This document shows, piece by piece, positions 12,485 through 20,845 of a DNA stretch of 34,594 bases (its first letter is position 1; every line of letters starts with the position of its first letter). The DNA comes from Nemertoderma westbladi (taxonomy: Eukaryota > Animalia > Xenacoelomorpha). The stretch covers positions 1-34,594 of the forward strand of contig JAUCBJ010004644.1 of NCBI GenBank assembly GCA_032718475.1, given 5' to 3'. The position numbers were made by a program, and so were the translations under genes. The notes beneath the pieces were generated by a model that saw only the letters and a list, made by a program, of their open reading frames with translations, ran no database searches and was not told the DNA's origin.

Positions 12485-12622
12485 CATAGCGAAAAATATC
12501 AACCGCCCCTATTGGGGCTCGAACCCGGTACCTAGGTTTCAAACTTCCCGTTATCAACATCCGGGTGTGTGTGTCCTAAGACAACTGAGCTACCTGTACG
12601 GTTGAAGAATTTATTCGCTATG
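12485..12622 (-). ncRNA. tRNA-promoter (Pol III) element with a degenerate minimal hammerhead fold, flanked by ~21-24 bp inverted repeats
   Basis: Minus strand: A box TAGCTCAGTTG (12592-12582); ACCCGG-ATGTTGA-TAAC gggaa GTTT-GAAA-CCTAGG-TA-CCGGGT (12566-12523); B box GGTTCGAGCCC (12525-12515); T5 at 12496-12492. Confidence 0.65.
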
Positions 12623-12821
12623 AGGTGGGCTTTTTTGGAGGGACATTTTGGGGTTTTTCCAATCACTCAAAGGAAAGTTCCCGTGCTCTGCCAGTAATGG
12701 CAGCCATGCCTCAAATAATAACTATACAGTGTTGTAGATACCACTGTGTTACCCGGGAGAGGAATATCACCTTCACTCCACCCCACAACATTTCATATAT
12801 TAAATCAGTTATTAGTTTTAT

Positions 12822-14327
12822 TTAATTTCTGCGATGGAACGTAACCTTAAAGTCTGCTGGACGTATGAATGTGCCACCTTGAACCTCTTTTATCGATGGT
12901 AACTTACCATCGCTAGGGGGCGCTATTACGAAATGTTGAAGAAGATGTCCGAAAATAATCCTCATCTCGATTTTAGACAGCTGTTCCCCAAAGCAGATTC
13001 TCGGCCCTATCCCGAAGGGAATGAAACAATCCTTCTTAACAAATTTCCCATTTTCATCTAGGAAGTGTTCCGGGTAAAATGTTTCTGGTTTCTCCCATAT
13101 TTCTGGGTCGTGGAGGATCGACCATAAGTTTCCCATGATGAATCCATTTTCTGGCAGTTCGAAGGAACGAAAGGTGGTTGATGACTCCAGCCTATGTGGC
13201 ACCGCGAACGGACCTACGCAACCGTATCGTAGCAACTCGTGCATAACCGCGTTTAAGTAAGGGACTTTCCTGAACACCTCTGTGTATGACGTTCCTTCAC
13301 GGCCTTCAGACTCATCTAAAAGATCTTGACATCGCTTCTGAATAGAAGGATTCTGTGCCATAATCAATACGAACCAACATATAGCGAAAGAGGTGGATTC
13401 TGAACCTGCAGAAAATATGTCTCGAATGACTGTTATCAGATTTTCGTTGGTGAGATGTAGGTTTTCTGGATTGTTCGATCGCTCTATTCTATCAACTTCT
13501 TTCAAATATCCATCGATGAAATCCTTATCTTCTTCGTCGAAGTTAATAACATCACGATGGGCGTCAATTTGAATTTGCAGAAGTTTGGCTATCTTTATTT
13601 GGTTGGTATGAGCAATATTTTGATTAGTTCCTGGAATAAACTTCCCAAAAGGAATAGGAATTCTTCTTGTCCCGGGTCCCGTGCTAACTAGAAGTGCTTG
13701 AATGCAATCTCTGAGTTCCCGAGAAAACCCGTCATTCCAATCGAAATGCTCACCGAAAACTATATTACCTACGATGTTTGAAATGGTTAGAAAAATCCAA
13801 TGAAATGGGTCCAAATCATCGCCTTCTCTTTTCATTAATTCGTCGGAGAGAATATTAGCCTCGACCAAAACGCGTTGTTCGAACGACGATTTTCCAACTC
13901 CGATGTTACGAAGTATTTTCGCGGCCAGCTTCCGAGTAACAGTCCAACCCTTCCCCTCATTAAAAATGATTCCGGTAACTTTTCCCGCGGTGTCTGTGGC
14001 GTTCAGTTTAGGTCTTCCCGAAAATATCTTTGAATTCTCAACAAAGGCTTCTCTGAATGCCTCGAATGAGTTGAGCACAAAGAGGCGTTTTGGTCCAACT
14101 TTAAGCGTAATGACGTCACTACCCAGTTGATTAGACCAGCGAGCCATTACCGAGCCGAAAGTCGTTGGAGTTACTTTCGAAAGGGAAATTATGTTTCCAA
14201 TGAAAGGCAATCCTTTTATTGAGGGAGGATAATTAAATACGACATCCTTCCGCAGATGCTTCAAGTAAAAGTATGCGCAACTGAAAACTATTGTAAAGAT
14301 GATGATTACATATACGAATTCAGTCAT
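12822..14327 (-). CDS. Cytochrome P450, CYP2 clan, 501 aa, single-exon CDS
   Basis: N-terminal membrane anchor, YPPSIKGLPFIGN hinge, WxxxR, I-helix AGSEST, ExxR (ELLR), PEHF meander, heme motif FGIGPRICFG. Confidence 0.95.
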   Translation of the reverse strand: MTEFVYVIIIFTIVFSCAYFYLKHLRKDVVFNYPPSIKGLPFIGNIISLSKVTPTTFGSVMARWSNQLGSDVITLKVGPKRLFVLNSFEAFREAFVENSKIFSGRPKLNATDTAGKVTGIIFNEGKGWTVTRKLAAKILRNIGVGKSSFEQRVLVEANILSDELMKREGDDLDPFHWIFLTISNIVGNIVFGEHFDWNDGFSRELRDCIQALLVSTGPGTRRIPIPFGKFIPGTNQNIAHTNQIKIAKLLQIQIDAHRDVINFDEEDKDFIDGYLKEVDRIERSNNPENLHLTNENLITVIRDIFSAGSESTSFAICWFVLIMAQNPSIQKRCQDLLDESEGREGTSYTEVFRKVPYLNAVMHELLRYGCVGPFAVPHRLESSTTFRSFELPENGFIMGNLWSILHDPEIWEKPETFYPEHFLDENGKFVKKDCFIPFGIGPRICFGEQLSKIEMRIIFGHLLQHFVIAPPSDGKLPSIKEVQGGTFIRPADFKVTFHRRN

Positions 14328-14368
14328 GTTTGAAAATTTTGATCAATAATTAAGGAATATTCGAATAT

Positions 14369-14604
14369 TTCGCAGATGGGAGGGGGGGGGGGGGGGGGGG
14401 GGACTGGACGCAATAAAAATGAATCCCTCTCCAGGGGAAATTGGGCGTAAATAACAGCTGTTTACGAGCAAAAATAATACTCAGTTCTATTGAGTTTCGT
14501 TTATTTTTTGGTTAAAATATCGTTCCACCGTAACCTTTAATATTGAGGCGGGATATTAATTCGCCAAAGCGGGTTTTGCGTCCAGTTTCCTCCCCTGTCT
14601 CGAA
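14369..14604. mobile_element. MITE-like element with imperfect terminal inverted repeats, ~40 bp upstream of the P450 ATG
   Basis: Left GG..GGACTGGACGCAATAAAA versus right TTTTGCGTCCAGTTTCCTCCCC; internal CCAGGGGAAATT...AAATAACAGCTG also found at ~30067-30099. Confidence 0.6.
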
Positions 14605-15053
14605 TTTCACCATCACCAAGGGAAATTACAGCAAAGCGAACTACTACAATGCAAAGTTTAGCTTTCAAACTTTGTTATTTGTCATATAGAACGCATTAAT
14701 AAATCAATTCGCAAAGATCAATTGTAATTATTGTGTGCCAATTATATCACAGTATAATTTTATTATATTGATTATTGAATAACAATTTGGCATCGCTTCG
14801 GATTTAACAATACTACAGTACAATTAAACCTAAGGGACGGATAATAATTGTGATTATCTTGTTACCTCTCATCCGCATAGTGGTACCAATAATTAATCTG
14901 TTTACTTCAAGATTTAGTGGAGACGATAAATATGGGGGGGGGGGGGGGTGGGGTGGTGGTCTGTGTGCGTTTTTAAACCAGGGTGTCGTTAAGTGTATAT
15001 TCTAGATATTAAAATATTCGTGATTGGACAATTACAATTAATTTTATCTCGCC

Positions 15054-17266
15054 TCTACTACTACTAGGATCGGCATGCTGCATTGCAGCTCAATTATTAA
15101 GAATGCTGTGCCGGCTTATCGACAAAATTGCGCCGCCACAACTCCCTATCACCCATGACATTTGCTAGATCATCTGCATCTTCAAGGCCAGTGTCCTTTA
15201 AGATGCGTCTCAAGAAAGTCATGGGCTGTCCACCATGCTTATTCACTCCATGAGGCTGCCAAAGTACAAGATTATGCACTGGCTGGTCCTCACGGCGAAA
15301 GCAATGTCATGCAAAGCGGAGGCGATTTTGTTCTAGTGTCAAGCTTGGCGGAACCAATGAGACACCTCCAATGTTATATAGTGTCTGGTTGGAGATGTGT
15401 GCATTGTACTTGACACAATGAACCCGGCGTAGCGTTCTTGTAAATGTGCCATCCAGAGATTTGGTGTCCTCAGCAGTTAGAGCCCAGCATGGACTCCCAT
15501 AGAGGAGTACTGGAACTACTGCTGCTCTAAATAATCGGACCTTAAGTTTCCGATTAATTCTCGGTGACTTCCAAATACTGGAAGGCCTATTCAAGGCTGC
15601 CCATGCCTTTCCCTAACGTATTCGAAGGTCCTCACCTGACTTCCGGATCCTTGATCCCAGGTAACAGAAGTCGTCCACATGCTCAAGCATACCATCCTTT
15701 GAGCTTATGTTCATCCGATCAGAGGCTTGCTGAGGACTTTCAAAGTTAACTATAAAAAGACCAACACTAGAAGCAGCATGTTCTAATGAGCTGAGGAGCC
15801 ATGGGGCTCCCTCTAGTGATTCTGAGAGTACTCCTAAGTCATCAGCAAAGTCTAGATCGGTTATGTACTTGGCAGGATTTCCTCGACTTCTGGAGCCAGT
15901 AGGTGGAGTTATCATCACCCCAGCATCATTATGATGATCGAAAGACATGCGTAGAACATAGTCAACCACAATTATGAACAAGAAAGTGCAAGTGTGTCTC
16001 CCTGGAGGACGCCCCATAACACTTCAAATGGTTCTGTGTCACCGTCAACAGTAGACACAAATGTTGTCGAACCATCGTATACTGATCTGATTGCTGCAAT
16101 AATTTCATCAGGAATCCCATATAATGAAAGTATGCTGAACATACGTGAGCGAGAGACTGAACCAAAGGCCTTGAAGAAGTCAACAAAGATAACAGCCAGA
16201 TGCCTGTCGTTCTTTTTTGATAACTCTTCAATTATCCTTCTAAGTGCCAAAGTTGATTCCATGGCCCCATGACCTTTACGGAACCCATTCTGATTTCCAC
16301 GGAGCAGTCTCTCAATGGGATCCCTGATGCGATTTAATATAATTCTATTGTATAACTTTGCAGAAATCGAGATCAATGAGATTCCCCGAAAAGAACCAGA
16401 GTGTTAGGTTGCCCTTCTTGGGAACTGGCACAAACTTATTTGTTTTCATTTCTTGTGGGACTCTTGTTGTTCGGTACATGTCTACTATGATGGGATAGAT
16501 GAGCTTTAAACACTCAGGTATTTTAAAGACCTCAGGGGGAACACCATCTACTCCACTGACACGATTGGTCTTAATGCTCTTTGCAGCAGCCTTCACTTCT
16601 GCAAAGGAGATATCGCCAGTGGGAATATCTGGGAGTACAGACTCAGACACTTTTACTTCTATAAAGTTATCAGGCAATACCCTGTCGTCATTATTGAGGA
16701 GCTTTTCAAAGTGGGCCTTCCAACCTTTGAGGCGATCAGCTGGTGATTCAGCCTTAACCTTGGTGGTTGGTTGGCTTTTCCGCCCAGTAAGCAAGTTGGT
16801 CGATTTCCATGCCTGGGATGATTGCCTACTGTCGTCAGCATCATTGATGGCATCAACCTTTTGGTTTATTAGCTCCTGTAGATTAAAAGAGTACTGCCTG
16901 TTCAGGGACCTAGATGCAACCTTAACTGCATTCTTGGCCGCTGTAGTCTGTTTGATTCGGGACTCTTTCTGCGCCTTATAGAGGTCATTTCGACACTTCT
17001 GAATTTTGTTGTCAGTCCAGGGGGGCCCTTTTCCTGTTTCCAGGGTATACAGTAACTGTTTCTGCAGCTGCTAACTTAACTGCTTCTCTGAAGGCAGTAT
17101 AGCCCTCACAGTGATCTGCCGCCTCAGAGGCAAGAACCTCATACCTGTTGCTCAGCTGTAGTGTGAAGCTGGATCTCACACTTGGCTGTTGCAACAGAGA
17201 GGACCAGTCATGCCGCGGCAATGCAGATTTCGTGAGTGAAGATGTGCAAGAAGACAAAATTTGCAT
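15054..17266 (-). mobile_element. Decayed, 5'-truncated non-LTR retrotransposon (RTE-like LINE reverse transcriptase), frameshifted
   Basis: Overlapping ORF fragments with GVDGVPPE, QNGFRKGHG, IFVDFFKAF, GVLQGDTLA, DLDFADDL, FCYLGS and KLKVRLFRAAVVPVLLYGS; (TAG)n tail at ~15054-15066; endonuclease domain absent. Confidence 0.9.
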
Positions 17267-17268
17267 GC

Positions 17269-17467
17269 ATTGGAACTAAATTCGCATCCATTGGAACTAA
17301 GTTCGCATCCATTGGAACTAAGTTCGTTTTGATATTCTGGGATTGGAACTAAGTTCGCCTCGATTGGAACTAAGTTCGCTTTGTAAAATTTATTTTGGAA
17401 CAAAATTCGTTTCAATTGGAACTAATTTCGCTTCGCCTTTGAAAATGTGCGATTGGAACTAAGTTCG
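17269..17467. repeat. ~21-bp repeats ATTGGAACTAAGTTCGC(ATCC), about 7 copies
   Basis: Copies near 17269, 17290, 17311, 17342, 17363, 17415 and 17452; abuts the truncated 5' end of the LINE. Confidence 0.8.
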
Positions 17468-18472
17468 TGCTACCTGGGTTATGCCATGACCTACTATACT
17501 ACTACCTACCTACTATATTTTCTGGGCCGCTTAATCGATTGAAAGTAATATAGAAAACTCAAGTCTTAGTGGTACATCATTTTTGGTGCACCAAAATTAG
17601 GGTGTGGCATTAAGTAGGCTTTGAAGTATTTGCATTTGAAGTAGACTTCAAATTTTCAAAATTACGATATTCAGAAAATACCACAAGGTTTTCATTTCAA
17701 CCCATTTTTATAGGTTATCTACTACCTACCTACCTACCATGGTCTACTATAGTACACGTCATAGTTATGCCTATACAATATCTATATTGTGTAGCTATTC
17801 ACACTTAAACTAAATGTTCCAGAACATTTTGTATTTATTAAATAGAATAAATGGCCTGCAGCAAACAATAATTATTGCAATCTTTGAACGCCTATTTCTC
17901 AGCTGTTTCTCAACGAAATCCAGATATTGTTACATATTTGAAATCATTGCAACGCAAGTTTTCTATTGATATAAAAAAATAACTATTAATGTGAAGAATG
18001 TCAATAATACGGAGGGTGCGATTTCGCAAAAGGCACTAACAGAAATTTAAAGGCGAAATCGAAAATTCCGGCTTCATGGTAACAACCACGGTGAGTTGAA
18101 CTACTGTAGTTGTGTTTCAAATTTCAAGCAACATGATAAAGATTTGTATAAAAATTTGGGGGGGGGGGGGGTGGGGTGTCCCTGTCATCAGAAAATTACA
18201 CTATAATATTACGGGACATGGTGTATAATAAATTGCCCCGCGCAGCTATGCAAAACCATGCAAATTTCGAAGGCTCATATCTCCGTTTCTTTTACGACGA
18301 AATTCAGATTTATTAGTATTATGTATTTATTTTTCAGAAACTAAAATTCCTGTTTCACCCAAACATACTTGATGTCGCGGTAGGTCCGCTGTTAGAGAGA
18401 GATGGGATATGCATCTTAAGATTGCATGTTCAATAGAAGTGGATTAGATGGGAGAGTGAATGTCAGGTGCAA

Positions 18473-19070
18473 CAGAGGCATACCGAGGGTGGGGGGGGGG
18501 GGGACAATTTTTATGGGCGCCGATTTATGAAGGGCGCCAAATTAGAAAATTCGGTTTATGAGGGCGGCATAATATCATAAATAATATAAAGGGCCCTACT
18601 AAAAACATTAGAAAATAATTAAATAATAAAAAAAGAAAAAAAAATTATTTTATTATGAACGAAATAAACCACTTACAAACCATTTTATTATTACAGTAAA
18701 TCACCTAGGGCTTGCAACAACAATGCTATTATTTACTATATTTACAAGATCGTTTAAGTAGTTTGGCTTTATTAAGTATAAGTATACAGTAGAGAACACG
18801 AAGTTTGATGTGATTGATTGGGACGATGTAATAAATATATTTGCAGATAAAAAATCTAGGAAAGTATCAATTATTGTAATCCTACTGTAGCACTACTCCT
18901 ACTGTACATACAATTAGCAACATTTTTTAAAAATGTAATAATATTTTAAAATTGGTATCGGTAATAAAATTTTATAATACTGTATATAATTTTATGAATT
19001 TAGATGAATTTGTGGGGTGGGGTGTAGAATCAGCTTGTCACAGGGCGCCAGAAACCTTGGTACGCCTCTG
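18473..19070. mobile_element. Non-autonomous hAT-type DNA transposon (MITE), 598 bp
   Basis: TIRs CAGAGGCATACCGAGG / CCTTGGTACGCCTCTG (14/16 match); 8-bp TSD AGGTGCAA (18465-18472) / AGGGGCAA (19071-19078); subterminal GGGCGCC motifs. Confidence 0.85.
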
Positions 19071-19071
19071 A

Positions 19072-19181
19072 GGGGCAAGTGGCTGAACTGGTTAGCGCTA
19101 CTGATGAGGCCTGATATGCTGAAACGTACGTATAGCGGTGGTTCAACCCCCGATGATGGATAACGAGCTTCCTCGTTTTTT
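19072..19181 (+). ncRNA. tRNA-promoter (Pol III) element carrying a hammerhead ribozyme
   Basis: A box TGGCTGAACTGG 19080-19091, B box GGTTCAACCCC 19140-19150, hairpin AACGAG-cttc-CTCGTT running into T6 at 19176-19181. Confidence 0.75.
19096..19137 (+). ncRNA. Minimal type I hammerhead ribozyme, predicted cleavage after GUA (19132/19133)
   Basis: CGCTA | CTGATGA | GGC-ctgatat-GCT | GAAA | C-GTAC-G | TA | TAGCG: complete core, 5-bp stem I, 3-bp stem II, palindromic stem III ACGTACGT. Confidence 0.85.
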
Positions 19182-20356
19182 CCCATTTACAGTTGCATTA
19201 ACAGCTCAACTCCAATTTATTTAATTAATAACAATCAAATAAAATTTACTCTTAAGGATGTATCAATAATTAAGTTATATTATACAAGTTGCTTTTCCAA
19301 CTTAATCTGTAGTGAGCCAAAGCCCAAAAATTAAAAAAAGTACATATATGTGAGTTAATTTAATATACAGTAGAAAAGGGATAAATAAAATAATCACAAT
19401 CACACCGGTATTAATTTGTAAACCCCTAAGTAATAAAGGAAATCAGCTGACAATCAGAGAATACCCTGTACTTTGTACTCATACACACGTCCGTAGGGCC
19501 GTCGCGCAGGACGAGGCTCAGTTATCAGATACAGATTAAAATTGAGCAATTCTATCCCAAAATCGGTACTTAAGATATTTAAATAAATAAATAAGAAATT
19601 TAACCAAACCGCCAATAAGAATAAATCAAAGAAGAGAGGAAAGTTCCCCCCTCGCTTCAACCGCCCTCTTAATCTGCACCAACCCAACCGAAAGGAGCAC
19701 AGAGGATTAAGGAAAGGCAGAGGTATTAACAGGAAATTTGTGTTTTAAAAGTAATATATTTTTAGGTGTGGACTATCATGGAGGCAATCCAATTTGTAAA
19801 AATTATTAAAACTTACCTTATGCCGATAGTATTTATACTGAAATAGTAATTTATCATGTCAACTCCTCAAATAAATTATTTAGCTAATGATTCTAAAGAA
19901 TATGATTAAATACTCCATGCAATCATTTTGTGAGATAAATAATAAGCAAGCTGGCTTATTAGTCACTTTACACTAGTAGTGCCTGCCTTGTCTATGTTCT
20001 ATAGATGTAATTACCAGTTGCCAAGTAGTGATGAGATGATTGGACTGGTTCCAACTCCAACTAGCAGGCAATAACTAGTATGCCAAGGAATCAATGAGGA
20101 GGGCATTATGACTTAATTACGTTTAGATCAATTAAAATTTCTTAAAGCAAATCACTTGAACTAATTGAAAATTATAATGGAATGGTATGGGGATTACTAC
20201 AGCTGTATAACTTTTAAGTATAATTATTTATATCTTATACTATAAAATAATTAATTTCCATTACAAGAAAGGCTTGAAAATGCTGTTTTTACCCTAATCA
20301 ACTTAATTAACTGCTATTATTTTAGCTTCTCGAAGGCCACACGGAAATTCAACTTG

Positions 20357-20656
20357 CGCCATACATTCGCTATGTATATTGTAAACTCAATGAATTATAT
20401 TATTCGAACTCTATTAGCTATTACTTTTTGTATTCGTCATACAGCTGTTAGGACTCTTATAAACTTAAACTCTACAGCTGTTAGGACTATTGGTGGTGGT
20501 TAGGTTGACTAATATTATGTGCTCTTTATTGATGAGTTTTATTATTATTATTTTTGTGTCTAAAGTAAAATATAATTTATTAGTTTTGGAAATTATTTGT
20601 GTGATTTATTTGGGTTAGATGAGGGACTGAACGCTGGCCGTGCTTAACTTCTTGCG
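20357..20656 (+). repeat. 5' LTR (300 bp)
   Basis: CGCCATAC...TTCTTGCG; matches 25273-25572 with one mismatch seen by eye (20472 C versus 25388 A). Confidence 0.93.
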
Positions 20657-20666
20657 TGGTGGCTGG
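20657..20666 (+). promoter_or_regulatory. Primer binding site TGGTGGCTGG
   Basis: Begins with TGG (complement of tRNA CCA) immediately after the 5' LTR. Confidence 0.7.
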
Positions 20667-20845
20667 ATTATGAACCCTAGCCTTACAGACTTTCATAATC
20701 TGAATTTGCCTGACATTAACTGTTAGCGTTTCACCCAGCTCTTCCTTTAGACAAGATTTATTTCTTAGCACAAAAGGTTCGGTATATCAGTGAAATCATC
20801 CCAACTTTACACAATATCATTTCCCGGATCTGTTTTTATTCAATC

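Noticed and set aside
12501-12603. Functional tRNA gene
   Set aside because: A and B boxes are present but there is no canonical acceptor, D and anticodon stem geometry; the same applies to 19072-19150
19041-19070. GAAACCTTGGTA resembling the hammerhead 3' half
   Set aside because: No upstream CUGANGA; it is part of the hAT MITE terminal inverted repeat
19488-19522. Helitron 3' hairpin (CGTCC...GGACG followed by CTCAG)
   Set aside because: Stem is short, the terminus is not CTRR, and no 5' TC end or second copy was identifiable
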